Positions 36,152 through 48,620 of a stretch of 64,000 nucleotides of DNA are shown here, piece by piece (within the stretch, counting starts at the first letter, position 1; each line of letters opens with the position of its first letter). Origin of the DNA: an uncultured Planctomycetaceae bacterium. GTDB lineage: Bacteria > Planctomycetota > Planctomycetia > Isosphaerales > Isosphaeraceae. The stretch covers positions 5,408,001 to 5,472,000 of the forward strand of contig CAWIAD010000002.1 in NCBI GenBank assembly GCA_963833985.1, given 5' to 3'. The position numbers and the translations under genes are program-made. The notes below the pieces were generated by a model, which was not told where the DNA came from, made no database searches, and worked only from the letters and a program-made list of their open reading frames with translations.

Positions 36152-38803
36152 TCAGTGGCTGCCGACGGTCTCGAGGTCCTTCTCGGGTGCTGCGGCGCCG
36201 GAGAGCTCGCTCTCCATCTCGCGGAGTTCCTTGCTCTCGGTCTTGGACCGCCAGACGGCCCAGATGACGAGCAAGATGCCGATGACGCCGACCACGCCGT
36301 AGAGCCACCACTTGTCGTGATTGGCGATGATCCAGGCGATCGCCAGCAGCGACACCATGTTCATGACCTTGATCAGCGGGTTCAGCGCCGGGCCGGCCGT
36401 ATCCTTGAGCGGATCGCCGACGGTATCGCCGGTGACGGCCGCCTTGTGGCGCTCGGAGCCCTTGCCGGTGAACTCGGTGCGGGGCTCGTCCTCGATCAGC
36501 TTCTTGGCATTGTCCCAGGCGCCGCCGGCGTTGGCCATGAACACGGCGAGCAGTTGCCCGACGATGATCATGCCCGCCAGGTAGCCGGCCAGTGCCTGAG
36601 TGCCAAGATAGATGCCGACCAGAATCGGCACCACGATGGCCAGCAGCGCCGGGCCGATCAGCTCCTGCTGGGCAGATGCGGTGCAGATGTTGACCACCCG
36701 GCCGTAGTCGGGCTTCTTGGTACCGGCCCAGATCTCCTTGTCGCGGAACTGCATGCGGCATTCCTTGACGATCAGGAAGGCGGCACGGCCCACGGCGCGG
36801 ATCAGCATCGAGCTGAACAGGAACGGCACGCAGCCGCCGATCAGGGCGCCGATGAACACCCGCGGTGTCGCAACCGAGTACTGGCCGGCCTCGGTGAGGT
36901 ACTGGCTCAAGGGCAGGGTCGCGACCTTGTCCTCGCTACCCACCGCGACGACGGCGATGAAGCTGGCGAAGAGGCTGACGGCCGCGATCACGGCCGAGCC
37001 GATCGCGATGCCCTTGGTCTCGGCCTTGGTGGTGTTGCCCACCGCGTCGAGGTCGGCCAGGATCTGGCGGGCGTGCGCGTAGTTCTTTTCGCCCATCTCG
37101 GCCTTGTCATAACCCATCTCGCCGATGCCGTTGGCGTTGTCGGCCACCGGGCCGAACACGTCCATCGAGATCGTGTTGCCGGTCAGGGTCAGCATGCCGA
37201 TGCCGCACATCGCCACTCCATAGGCGACAAACAGCGGGCTGGAACCGGTGTAGATGAGCACGGACAAGAGGATGGCGATGGCAATGATCAGCGTGCCCAC
37301 CACGGCCGACTCATAGCCAACGGCGATGCCCTGGATGATGTTGGTCGCGTGACCGGTCTGGCACGCCTTGGCCATACTCTTGACCGGCTCGTACATGGTG
37401 TGCGTGTAGTAACTCGTGCACTTGTTCAGGGCGATCGCCAGGATGATGCCGATCAGGCATGTCCAGGCCGGGCGCATATCCAGGCCGTTGGACATCCCGA
37501 AGTTCGCCCAGACCGGCTGGGCCGCGGCGTCCAGAATGGGGCCGGGATAGCTCTGGGTGAAGTCCTTCAAGGGCCTGCCGGCTTTCACGGCGATATCGCG
37601 AGCGGCCTCGAAGTCGGGAGTGACCTTGAAGCCGTAGGCCGCCTGGGGATACTTGCGCATGTAGTCATCGTCGAAGTGCAGGTAGGCCAGCCCCAGCACC
37701 ATGAAGCCGACCACGCTGATGACCGAGCCGATCAAGAACCCGCGGTGGACCGAGTGCAGGGCCTCGTCGCTGGTGCTGTCGGCCCCGGCACGCACGCTGT
37801 AGGTGCTGATGATCGAGCCGACCACGCCGATGGCTCGCACCAGGAGCGGGAAGATCACGCCCTTGTGGCCGAAGCTGGCGTAGCCCAGGATCATGGCCGC
37901 GACGATCGTCACCTCGTAGCTCTCGAAGATGTCGGCCGCCATTCCGGCGCAGTCGCCCACGTTGTCCCCGACGTTGTCGGCGATGGTGGCCGCGTTGCGG
38001 GGGTCGTCCTCGGGAATATTCGCCTCGACCTTGCCCACCAGGTCGGCGCCCACGTCGGCCGCCTTGGTGTAAATGCCGCCGCCGACCCGCATGAACAGCG
38101 CCAGCAGCGTGCCGCCGAAGCCGAAGCCGAGCAGAACCTCATAGGCCTTCTCGCCGAAGACGATGAAGATCGTCGTGCCGCCGAGCAGGCCCAGGCCGTC
38201 GGTGAGCATGCCCGTGATGGTTCCGGTGCGGTAGCCAAGCTGAAGGGCGTTGCCATAGCTGGTTCGGGCCGCGGCCGCCACGCGGAGATTGCCCCGCACG
38301 GCCAGATTCATGCCCACGAACCCGACGAGCCAGGAGAACAGGGCCCCCAGGAAGAAGGCCGCCGCTCGACCGATCTGGACCGCGCCGCTGGTCTCGGCGG
38401 TGAAGTACAGAATCGCGGTGACCAGGAAGACCAGGGGCAGGAGGGCTACGGCCTGCCGCATGAGGTACGCCCAGGCACCCTCGCGCACGGCGTCAGCCAC
38501 ATCGCGCATCTTCTGGGTGCCCTGGTCGGCACCCAGCACCTGGCCGACGAGCATGCCGGCATAGCACAGGCCGGCCACCGCGATCAGCAGGGTCAGGATC
38601 AAACCGATCCGCTCGGGCAGGGCGTACTGGGTCAAAGGTGCGAACAACTCGAGGGTCGATTCCGATGCGGCAGGCGCCGCGGCCTCTGGAACGGCTGCGG
38701 CTGTCGGGGTCGTCGCCGGCGGCCCCTGTGCAAAAAGCATGGACGGCGCGGCCAGAACGGCCAGCGCTATCGCCGCGGAAAACAAGACTCGCCAACGTTG
38801 CAT
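36152..38803 (-). CDS. hppA: Membrane-bound pyrophosphatase, predicted K+-independent H+-pumping type
   Basis: DVGADLVGKVE, EDDPRN, DNVGDNVGD, GNTTKA (Lys at the K+-dependence site), GDTVGDPLKD. Confidence 0.95.
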   Translation of the reverse strand: MQRWRVLFSAAIALAVLAAPSMLFAQGPPATTPTAAAVPEAAAPAASESTLELFAPLTQYALPERIGLILTLLIAVAGLCYAGMLVGQVLGADQGTQKMRDVADAVREGAWAYLMRQAVALLPLVFLVTAILYFTAETSGAVQIGRAAAFFLGALFSWLVGFVGMNLAVRGNLRVAAAARTSYGNALQLGYRTGTITGMLTDGLGLLGGTTIFIVFGEKAYEVLLGFGFGGTLLALFMRVGGGIYTKAADVGADLVGKVEANIPEDDPRNAATIADNVGDNVGDCAGMAADIFESYEVTIVAAMILGYASFGHKGVIFPLLVRAIGVVGSIISTYSVRAGADSTSDEALHSVHRGFLIGSVISVVGFMVLGLAYLHFDDDYMRKYPQAAYGFKVTPDFEAARDIAVKAGRPLKDFTQSYPGPILDAAAQPVWANFGMSNGLDMRPAWTCLIGIILAIALNKCTSYYTHTMYEPVKSMAKACQTGHATNIIQGIAVGYESAVVGTLIIAIAILLSVLIYTGSSPLFVAYGVAMCGIGMLTLTGNTISMDVFGPVADNANGIGEMGYDKAEMGEKNYAHARQILADLDAVGNTTKAETKGIAIGSAVIAAVSLFASFIAVVAVGSEDKVATLPLSQYLTEAGQYSVATPRVFIGALIGGCVPFLFSSMLIRAVGRAAFLIVKECRMQFRDKEIWAGTKKPDYGRVVNICTASAQQELIGPALLAIVVPILVGIYLGTQALAGYLAGMIIVGQLLAVFMANAGGAWDNAKKLIEDEPRTEFTGKGSERHKAAVTGDTVGDPLKDTAGPALNPLIKVMNMVSLLAIAWIIANHDKWWLYGVVGVIGILLVIWAVWRSKTESKELREMESELSGAAAPEKDLETVGSH

Positions 38804-39422
38804 GATCCCTATCTCCAACTCTTTGAAAAATGGAACCAACACGCCTTGGGAGAGAATGTGTGTCGGTTGGTGGGAAGCTCGACCTTCCAGGCCATCGTTT
38901 GGCCAGTCTCACTCGCGGAGGGCGTTGCACGGCCCCTTCAGTGTCGTTCCTGGAGGCGACGGCAGCGTCGCGGCACGTGGGCTTCCCACCTCGTTGATCC
39001 TGAAGCGGTTCCAGGTCCAGTCACGTATTTTCTCCCTGATTAAACCTCAGCGGTCGGCCCAGCGAAAGAGTGTAGCGCGGATTTTGCCCGGGTTTAACTT
39101 TGGTTCAACCCCCTGCGGGCAAGCCAGGGAAGCCGCGGCCCGGTGTGGGTACCAGCCCAGGCGCGCAACCGCCCGGGCCGTACCGCGGAACCGCCCGGGC
39201 CGGGCCGGGGCCCCGGACCCAGCAACACCGGGTTGTCTTAAATTTGTTATAATTATGAACATTCGAATTTGGGGTTTACCTCCCGGGACCGCCCGATCGG
39301 TGATTTCGGGCTGTGAACCGGCTGCCCGAACTGGTAGATTTGACGCTCATTGCTTCGGGGGAATGACTCCCGCCCGCCACGGGCCTCACACCCAGGTACA
39401 GGGCATCACCGCGTCCTTCGTC

Positions 39423-42071
39423 ATGGATCCATCGCTGGCCCAGCACAACCTGGTGAAGCGAGCCGGCCGGCACGACGCCACGGCAATCTCGGCATGGCCG
39501 CGGCAGATCGGCAAGTACGAGGTCATCGACCGGCTGGGCAGCGGGGCGTTCGGCGTGGTCTACCGCTGCCACGACGCGGCGCTCGACCGCACGGTGGCCG
39601 TGAAGGTGCTCTCCACCGCGGGCCATGCCGATCCGGAGCTTCTGGAACGGTTCCAGCGCGAGTCGCGCGGCCGCGCGGATCTCGCACCCCCACATCGTGC
39701 CGGTCTTCGAGTCGGGCCTGGACGGCGAGTACCCGTACCTGGTGATGGAGCACGTGGAGGGCCAGTCGCTCGACCGGCTCATCGGCAGCCCGCGATTGAC
39801 CATGGAGACCGCGCTGCGGGTGGTTTTCCACCTGGCCCAGGCGCTCGAGGCGGCCCATGAGCAAGGCGTGGTGCATCGCGACATCAAGCCGGCCAACGTG
39901 CTCATCGACCATGCGGGCCGTCCCAAGCTGACCGATTTCGGCCTGGCGCGGCTGGCCACTGACCCGGCGGGCCTCTCCCGGAGCGGCGACCTGCTGGGCA
40001 CGCCGCGCTACATGTCGCCCGAGCAGGTGCTGCTGGGCCACGGTGAGGTGGACCACCGGACCGACATCTACTCGCTGGGAGCCATCATGTATGAGCTGCT
40101 CTCCGGCGTGCCCGCGGCCGACGGCCCCAACGCCATGGCCGTGCTCCGCAAGATCAGCGACGACGAGCCGGTGCCGTTGCGGCAGTACAAGCCGGAGCTA
40201 CCCGAAGAGGTGGCGGCCATCTGCCAGCGGATGATGACCAGGGACCGCGACCTGCGTTACCAGACCGCCGGCGCGGTGGCCACCGACATCCAGGCCTTCA
40301 TGCTGCGGAAGATGCTAGGCACTCCCGAGATCGAGCTGCTGGCCGACCTGCCCGCGCCCCGGCCCAGGCGCTGGGGCCGGCCGCGGCCGCGCTCTGCCTG
40401 GGCGCTGGCCACCGCAGTCGCGGCCGTCTTCCTGCTGGTCGGGTTCGCGGCCGCCCGGCTCACGCTGCCTTCCGGGTCCCGGGTCAGGAACCCGCAGCCG
40501 CCGGCACCGGCCATCGACGTCAAGCGGCTGGTGGCGCGGGGCCGCGCCGAGCTGCAAACGCTCTCCTCGGCGGCCGACGCGCGCACCTACCATGACGGCG
40601 TGGCGGACCTGCTGGAAGACCTGAACGCGGCCATCAAGCAATATGCCGAGGATCCCGAGCTGCGGCTCGTGCGGGGCAAGCTGCTGCGCCGCGCCGGCGA
40701 ATACCTCGCCGCGATTGCCGACCTGGACAAGGCCGCGGCGCTGGACCAGCTGGAGGTGGTCCTGGAGCGCGCCCTGGCGCATTACCACTGGGAGCACCTG
40801 TACCTTGGCTCGCTCCCCGAGCCGCTCTTGCGGCCCGCGGCGTCGGCCAGCAGCCGTGCGGACCTGTTGCGGCTGGCGGCCGCGGCCGACCCGGAGCTCC
40901 AGCTCTTTGGTCGCATGGCCGAGGCCCTCTTTGCCGGCCGCATGGCCGAGGCCCTCGGTCTTGCCCAGCAGAAGCAGGTGCGCGGCAAGGAAAGCCTGAA
41001 GGCCGACCTGCTCATGCTTCAGGCCGACGCGTTCGGCACGGCGGCTCAGGCCGCCCACCAGCAAGCCCTGACGGCGCCCGAGAACAGGCGGGCCGATCTC
41101 CGCGAACAGCGCGACGAGTTCGACGCGCGCGCGGCCCAGGCCGTGCGGCGCGGCCTGGAAGACAGCCCGCACCACCTGGGCCTGCTGTTCCTGCGTGCCG
41201 GCGGCTGGCACCGCCGTATCGTCTGGGAAGCGGCCGACGGCGACGAGCCGGACCGGACGATCCAGCGCCATCGCTCCGGGTTCGAGTCCGCCTACCAGCG
41301 CTTCCGGGCCGCCTCGCCCCGCATCGGCGTGGAATCATCCACCGGCAGGGCCGTGCTCCTGCTCAACTACGGCCGCCAGGACCTGGCGCTCGACCAGCTT
41401 GTGGAGGCGGCCGCGCGGCGAGCCTGCCGCCGCCGGTCGCCGCCCTGCACGCCTGGCTCCAGCTCCAGTCGCCGCCCGACGGCGAGCTCTCGCCGGCCCA
41501 CGCCGGGCAGGTCCTCCAGCACCTGGAGCCCGCGTTCGAGTCGCCGCCCGATGAGTTCTCGCTCTACCTGGTTCGCGCCTTGACTCACGCGGCCATCGGC
41601 CGCTGGCAGGAAGCGCGCCGCGATCTGATCGACGGCAAGCGGCGCTACCGCCGCGGCAACTGGCCGCCCGCCGAGGGAAGCTACGCCGACTGGTGCCGCG
41701 ACGTCGTTTCGCCCCCGGTCAAGTTCCTTGACTCCACCATCGTCATCCTCTGGAACCTGCCGACGCCGCCCGAGATCCGCATCCGGCTGCAAGACGAGCT
41801 GATCCGCGGACTCACCGGCCCCGACGAATCGCTCCGCCGCGGCCTGCCCCCCGCCGAGCTGAAGATGCTCACAGGCTGGGGCCATTACCGCCTGGCCCGC
41901 TTCTGGGCCGACAAGGATGATCGCGCCAACGTGCTCAAGCACGCCCGGCTGGCGCTGGCTTGCCGCCTGCCGAACCTGGGCGTCACCACCTTCAAGGATG
42001 ATCCTGTCATCCAGGCATGGAACAACGAGGCCGATTTCGCCTCCCTCTACGCCGAATTCGCCGGGCCATGA
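39423..42071 (+). CDS. Membrane Ser/Thr protein kinase with helical-repeat C-terminus (frameshifts near 39670 and 41420)
   Basis: LGSGAFGVVY, VAVK, HRDIKPAN, DFG, GTPRYMSPEQ, TM segment. Confidence 0.88.
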
Positions 42072-42658
42072 GCCAAGCCGAGCCGAACGAGGATGTGCTG
42101 GTGGCCCGCGCCCGGGCCGGCGAGGCCGACGCCTTCGCCGAGCTCGCCCAGCGCCATCGGGCGTCGCTGGTGCGCCTGGCCTCGTTCCTGACCGGAGACT
42201 TCGATGAGGCCGAAAGCATCGCGCAGGAGGCGTTCACCCGGGCCTTCGTCGGAATCTCCGGCTACGACCCCGGGACTCCGTTCCTTGCCTGGCTTCGCGG
42301 GATTGTCCTGAACCTGGTTCGCGAGCACCAGCGGCGTCTCAAGCGGCACGCGACCGTGACGGACCCGGCCCGTCTTGCCCAGGCCCCCGGCGCGGAGGGA
42401 TCGCGGCAAGGCGTGCTCTCGAACATCCTCCGCGATGAGCAAGCGACGCGGCTCTGGCTGGCCGTCGGCCAGCTTCCCGAGTCCTATCGCGAAGCCGTCG
42501 TCCTCCATTACGTCGAGGGCCTGGACTACGCCCAGATTAGCCAGATTACCGGCGTTTCCGAAGGTGCCCTGCGTGTCCGCGCCCAGCGCGGCCGTAACCT
42601 GCTGCGCGGCCAGCTTGGCCCCGTGGTGGATACCTGGCTGATTCGCACCAGGAAGTAA
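42068..42658 (+). CDS. ECF sigma-70 factor
   Basis: AESIAQEAF, FLAWL, LPESYREAVVLHYVEGLDY..I, VR..RGR. Confidence 0.92.
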   Translation: MSQAEPNEDVLVARARAGEADAFAELAQRHRASLVRLASFLTGDFDEAESIAQEAFTRAFVGISGYDPGTPFLAWLRGIVLNLVREHQRRLKRHATVTDPARLAQAPGAEGSRQGVLSNILRDEQATRLWLAVGQLPESYREAVVLHYVEGLDYAQISQITGVSEGALRVRAQRGRNLLRGQLGPVVDTWLIRTRK

Positions 42659-42874
42659 ACAGGCGCGGCGGACGGGGACGGCGCGGCGGAGAGCGGCCCG
42701 GAGAGAGGCACGGCGGTCAGCGCCGGCTTTCTCTGTAACATTTCGGCGAGTGCGGCAAACCTCATGCAGTAGGACGCGCGGCTGGCGTGAGACGATTCGC
42801 CCGGCGCGCGATGAATTGATGCTCCGGTGTACATCTTGGGATGGAACCCGATGGATGTCCCTGGGAGACCCTGC

Positions 42875-45725
42875 ATGTTTGCTCGCCTTGCGGTTTTCAC
42901 AGGCCTTACCGGCCTGCTATTGCTTGTGCCTTTGGCCCGCTCCGACGAATTCGAGCTTTTCGAGAAGACGGTCCGGCCGGTTCTGGTTGAGCATTGCTAC
43001 AGGTGCCATTCGGACAGGCAGCAGAAGGGGGGCATCCGGCTCGACGGTCCCACGCATCTGACCAGCGACGGCGACGGTGCAGGTCCGCTGGTGGTGGCGG
43101 GCGACCCCGAGCAAAGCCGACTGATCCAGGTGCTGCGCTACACGGAGGAGCCGAAGATGCCGCCGGCGGGCAAGCTGCCGGAGGAGGCGATCGCCGCCCT
43201 GACCACATGGGTGAAAAAGGGAGCACGCTGGCCGGCCGAGAACATCCAGGTTGCCAAGAAGGCCAGGGCTGAAGACCACTGGGCGTTCCGGCCGGTCCGT
43301 GCTCCGTCGCTTCCGGCCGTCAGCGCGGCCAACTGGCCTGCGGGCGAGATCGACCGCTTCATCCTGGCGAAGCTGGAGTCGAAGAACCTCACGCCTTCAG
43401 AACCCGCCGACCGCCGCACCCTGATGCGCCGCGTCACCTTCGACCTCACGGGATTGCCGCCCAGCGCCGGGGACCTCGAGGCATTCCGCGGTGATCCCTC
43501 GCCGGAAGCCTACACCGCGCTGGTGGACCGGCTGCTGGCCTCTCCACAGTTTGGCGAGCGCTGGGGCAGACACTGGCTGGACGTGGCCCGGTACGCCGAC
43601 TCGAAGGGCCCGGTCGCCAGCGGCGAGACGGCGTATCCCGCGGCCGCCACCTACCGCGACTGGGTGGTGCGCGCCTTCAACGCCGACCTGCCCTATGACC
43701 AGTTCCTCATCAAGCAGATCGCCGCGGACGGCCAGCTCCGGATCCTGAACCACCCGGACACCGCGGCCCTGGGCTTCTTGACGCTCGGCCGCAAGTTCGA
43801 GGGGAGCGAGCCGGACATCATCGACGACCGCCTCGATGTGATCTTCCGCGGCACCCAGGGGCTGTCGATCGGCTGGCGCGGTGCCATGACCACAAGTACG
43901 ACCCGATCGCCATCCGCGATTACTACGGCCTCTACGGCGTCTTCGCCGGTGCCCAGGAACGCGACGCGGCCATCATCACCGGGCCGGATGCGCGGCTGAA
44001 GGCTCAGGCGCACGCCGCCGAGCTGTGCGCCCGCACGCGTGACCTGGACCGGTTCCTCGAGGCCGAGCGGAAGCGCGTCTTCGGTGATCATCGCCGCAAG
44101 GCGGACCTGTACCTGATGGCCGCGCAGCAAGACCAGGGCAAGCCGCCCGAGGCCGCGGCTGCCCGGCCGGGCCTGCGCCCGACGGCCTGCATGCGGACGT
44201 CATCGTGCTCTACCGGACGCTGCTGGAAGGCACCCGGGCCGAGCATCATCGCGTGATGACGCCGTGGCACGCCTTCGCGGCGCTCAAGCCGGAGGAGTTT
44301 ACGACCAGGGGCAAGGAGCTGGCGGCGAGGTTCGCGGCCAACGCCAGCGAAGACAAGGCGCTCAATACGCGGATCGCCCAGCTCTTCGCGGGCAAGGCAC
44401 CGGCAAACCTGGGCGACGTGGCCGGCCGCTACGGCAAGCTCTTTGCCACGATCGCACGCAAATGGGAGAAGGCTCTTGCCGACGCCGACCGGGCCGACCG
44501 CGAACGCCCCGCGGCGCTGGATGGCGAGGCCGAGGAGGAGCTCCGCCAGCTCATCTTCGACCCGGGCGGGCCGCTCGACGATCGCACGGCCGGCGACGTG
44601 AAGGACCGGCTGGAAGGCGAGCGCAGGGCCAGGTACGACGAGCTCAAGAAGGCCGTGGAAGACTGGCGGGATGACCCCTCCGCGCCGCCCCTGGCGAGGA
44701 TCCTGGAGGACGCTGACGAACCTCCCCTGACGCGGGTGTTCCGCCGCGGCAAGCCGGAGGACCCCGGCGACGAGGTGCCCCGGCGGTTCCTGCCCGTGCT
44801 GGCCGGCCCGAATGCCCCCCCGTTCAGCGACGGCACCGGCCGCTACGACCTGGCGAAGGCGATCGCCAGCAAGGCCAACCCGCTCACGGCCCGGGTGTGG
44901 GTGAACCGGGTCTGGGGTCACTTGCTGGGCCATGGGCTGGTGGCCACGCCCGGCGACTTCGGCACCCGCTCGGCACCGCCGTCGCATCCGGAGCTGCTCG
45001 ACTGGCTGGCGAATTCGCTCATGGCCGAGGGCTGGTCCAGCAAGCGGCTGATCCGCAGGATCGTGCTTTCACGCACCTACCAGCAGGCGAGCGCCGACCG
45101 GCCGGAAATGAAAACCGTCGACCCCGCCAACGAGCTCTTCTGGCGGCAGAACCGCAAGCGGCTGGAGCTGGAGCCGCTCCGCGATGCCATGCTGGCGGCT
45201 TCGGGACAGCTTGACCCGGCCACGGGTGGGCGCTCGATCGACGTCGCCGCGCACCCGGATTCCCGCCGCCGGACCCTCTACCTGGCCGTGAAGCGCGAGA
45301 GCCTGCCGGCGTTCTTCCGAGCCTTCGACTTCGCCAACCCGGACCTGCACACACCCGAGCGGCACGAGACGACCGTGCCCCAGCAGGCACTCTTCCTGCT
45401 CAACGGCCGTTTCGTCGCCGCGCAGGCCCAGGCGCTGGCGCGGCGCGCGGGCGAGGCATCGGCACGAGACAGAGACGACGACGAAACGTTCATTGAGCGC
45501 GCTTTTGGCTGCGCTCTGGGCCGCGCTCCGAGCCGGGACGACCGCGACCAGGCCCTGGCCTTCCTTCGGGCCGCGGCCGCACTGGAGCCGGCCGGGTCGG
45601 AACGATCCTGCGCCGACACGGTCGTGGAGCCCCCAGCCTCCGAGGCAGCCGCCCGGCACCTCTCGCCCCGCGAGAAGCTCGCGCAGGTGCTGCTGCTCTG
45701 CAACGAGTTCACGTATCTGGATTGA
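42875..45725 (+). CDS. Planctomycete cytochrome c / DUF1549 / DUF1553 protein (frameshifts near 43875 and 44190)
   Basis: [55 protein letters not shown]. Confidence 0.9.
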
Positions 45726-45771
45726 CCGCGGGTTGACCGTGGATTGCATACCCGGCGAGAGGAGCTGGCAG

Positions 45772-47210
45772 ATGGCGGATCATCAGGAGCAAGGGACGGA
45801 CGAGACGCGCACGCTCTCGCTCTCGCGCCGGGCCTGGCTGGCACAGACCGGTTGCGGGTTCGGCGGCCTGGCACTCGCGGCGATGATGGCGGAACGCGCC
45901 CGCGCCGGGAGGCGGACACCGGGTCGAAACCTGCGGCGGCAGTGCCGGCACCGGGCAAGCCGCACTTCACGCCCAGGGCCAGACAGGTGATCCATGTCTT
46001 CCTGGAGGGCGGGCCCAGCCACGTCGACCTTTTTGACCCGAAGCCGGAACTCTCAAGGCAGGACGGGAAGCCCATCACGGTGCCCGGCGAGAACCGCAAG
46101 GCGCCGGCCTTCGGCACGGCGTTTCCCTTCTCACGGCATGGAAAATCGGGCCTGGAGCTGAGCGCTGCGCTGCCGCACCTGGGTGCGCTGGCCGACGACC
46201 TGTGCGTGGTCCGCTCGATGTACTGCGAGGAGGCCGCCCACGACGCCGCGATGCTGCTGATGAACTGCGGCAATGCCCGGCTGGCCCGGCCCAGCGCCGG
46301 GTCGTGGATCACCTATGGCCTGGGCCGCGAGGACCAGAACCTGCCCGAGTTCGTGGTGCTCTATGACGGCAGCCCGCCGGTCAAGGGCGTGGAGAACTGG
46401 CAGGCGGCGTTCCTGCCGGCCACCTGCCAGGCAACGGCCGTGGACACCCGGCATCGCGACGTGGGACGGCTGCTGGAGAACATCCACAGTCCATTCGCCA
46501 CGGCGGCCGAGCAGAGGCTCCAGCTCGACCTGCTGAACCACCTCAACCGCGGGCACGCCGCCGGCCGGGCCGACGACCCGCGGCTGGAGGCGCGCATCAA
46601 GTCGTTCGAGCTGGCCTATCGCATGCAGACCGCGGCCACCGACGCCTTCGACCTGGCGCGTGAGCCAGCCCCGGTGCAGGAGCTCTACGGCGACACGTCC
46701 GTGGGCCGGCAATGCCTGATGGCCCGCCGGCTCATCGAGCGCGGGGTGCGCTTCGTGCAGGTGTACAGCCCGGGCTGGGACCATCACGATACGCTCACCG
46801 ACAGCCTCCGCGAGAAGACCAAGGGGCTGGACCGCGCCGTGGCCGGGCTGCTCACCGATCTGAAGCGCCGCAGCCTGCTGGCTGACACGCTGGTGGTGAT
46901 CGGCGGCGAGTTCGGCCGCACGCCCGTGGCCGACGGCATCTTCGTCTCCAAGAAGCCGGGCCGAGGGCACAACAACCGCGGGTTCAGCACCATTCTGGCC
47001 GGCGGCGGAGTGAAGGGCGGCCATGCGCACGGGAAGACCGACGAGTTCGGCTTCCAGGCCGTCGAGGGGAAGGTCCACGTCCATGACCTGCACGCCACGA
47101 TGCTGCACCTGCTGGGCCTGGACCACACGCGCCTGACGTATCGCTACGCCGGCCGCGATTTCCGCCTCACCGACGTGCACGGGAACGTTGTCCGGGAGAT
47201 CCTGGCGTAA
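45772..47210 (+). CDS. DUF1501 protein with Tat signal (frameshift near 45910)
   Basis: SRRAWL..GCGFGGLAL, GGPSHVDLFDPKP, GEFGRTP, HVHDLHAT..LLGLDH, FRLTDV. Confidence 0.9.
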
Positions 47211-47272
47211 CCACGCGCCGAGGGCCGAGGTGCGCCGCACCCGTGCTGCCGCGTCCCTTCAGTCCTCTTCAC

Positions 47273-47391
47273 TTGGGACAATGTTCTATGCTTGTCACAC
47301 ACAGATATTATTGTGAGAATCTATTTGACTGAGAGAAGAGAGACGTGACAAGAATGGAAGTGACACGATCGGTATCGTGTCCCACGACGGA
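47273..47391. repeat. Third REPIN-like locus of the GTGGG..ACGAT..ATCGTG family
   Basis: GAAGTGACACGATCGGTATCGTGTCCCACGACGGA (about 47357-47391) is nearly identical to the 6.8-kb units. A degenerate forward arm lies at 47273-47296. Located between convergent genes. Confidence 0.8.
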
Positions 47392-47399
47392 TGCTCACC

Positions 47400-48506
47400 T
47401 CACGAGTTCTCCTCGCTCCACGACCCCAGCCAGAGGTCGATGGGGCGCTTGATGCCGGTGGGGCGGAAGGGCAGGCCGACCTTCGCTCCCATGCGGGCCG
47501 AGCGGTAACCGGCCAGCAGCACTTCCTGGACGATGCGGCCGTCCTCGCCCGTGGCGATGGGCGTCTCCTTGCCGCGAACGCACCGGGCGAAGTGGTGCAT
47601 CTCCTGCGGGAAGCCGTAGTTCCAGAGCTCCTCGAAGACGGGGTATGACCACCCCTTCGTCGTGGGGGCCTTCTCCACGGCGTAGCCGTAGCCGGTCTCG
47701 CTGTAGGTGGGCAGGGAATTGCCCATGTGCAGGTTGGCGTAGGTCAGGCCCGCGTCGCCGTAAACCTCCACGCGGTCGTCCATGCCCCCGCGCCGCGCCC
47801 AGCTATTCTCCACCAGGCCCACGGCTCCACCTTCGAATTCGAGAATGCACACCGAGTCGTCCTCGCCCTGCGTCCTGGCACCGTGCACGTGCGTGGCCAT
47901 CTGGCAGTAGACGCTCCGGATCGGGGCCCGGTTCAGGAACCAGTAGCAGAAGGCGATGCCGTGGCAGCCCATGTCCATGAACACCCCTCCGCCAGACCTG
48001 TGCACGTCCCAGAACCAGTCGGCGTGGGGGCCGAAGTGCTTCTCGCTCTGCTTCACCATGTAGACCTTGCCAAACGCTCCCTCGTCGGCCATGCGTTTGG
48101 CCTGCACGTACTTGGGCGTGAAGAAGAGCTCCTCGGCATACATGAGCAGCACGCCCTGGCGGTGGCAGACGTCGATCATCAGGTCGGCCTCCTCGAGCGT
48201 CATGCAGAGGGGCTTCTCGCAGACGATGTGCTTGCCTGCACTGGCGGCGTCGATGGTCATGCGCGCGTGCAGCGCGTTGGGCGCGGCGATGGTGACCATC
48301 TCGATGTCGGGCTCGGCGAGCATGGCCCGGTAGTCGTGAAAGACGCGCGGGATGCCGTAGCGGGCGGCCAGGGCCTCGGGGTTGCCCGGCGTGGGCGAGG
48401 CCACGGCGACGACCTCGGCCTCGTCCGGCATGATCTGGAACGCGGCCGCGTGGATGTCGGCCTCGAACCGCGAGCCGATGATTCCCACCTTCACCTTGCC
48501 GGCCAT
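47400..48506 (-). CDS. Gfo/Idh/MocA oxidoreductase
   Basis: VGIIG, HIVCEKP, GGGVFMDMGCH. Confidence 0.9.
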   Translation of the reverse strand: MAGKVKVGIIGSRFEADIHAAAFQIMPDEAEVVAVASPTPGNPEALAARYGIPRVFHDYRAMLAEPDIEMVTIAAPNALHARMTIDAASAGKHIVCEKPLCMTLEEADLMIDVCHRQGVLLMYAEELFFTPKYVQAKRMADEGAFGKVYMVKQSEKHFGPHADWFWDVHRSGGGVFMDMGCHGIAFCYWFLNRAPIRSVYCQMATHVHGARTQGEDDSVCILEFEGGAVGLVENSWARRGGMDDRVEVYGDAGLTYANLHMGNSLPTYSETGYGYAVEKAPTTKGWSYPVFEELWNYGFPQEMHHFARCVRGKETPIATGEDGRIVQEVLLAGYRSARMGAKVGLPFRPTGIKRPIDLWLGSWSEENS

Positions 48507-48579
48507 GATGCTGGATCTCCCCGGGTGCTCGTTCTGCCGCGGGCCGGAGTGCGCCGCGTACACTCAGGTCTCGCCTCGT

Positions 48580-48614
48580 CGTGTCGTGTCGTGTCGTGTC
48601 GTGTCGTGTCGTGT
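48580..48614. repeat. (CGTGT)7 simple sequence repeat
   Basis: Read directly. Intergenic between two co-oriented oxidoreductase genes. Confidence 0.9.
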
Positions 48615-48620
48615 GGCGTC

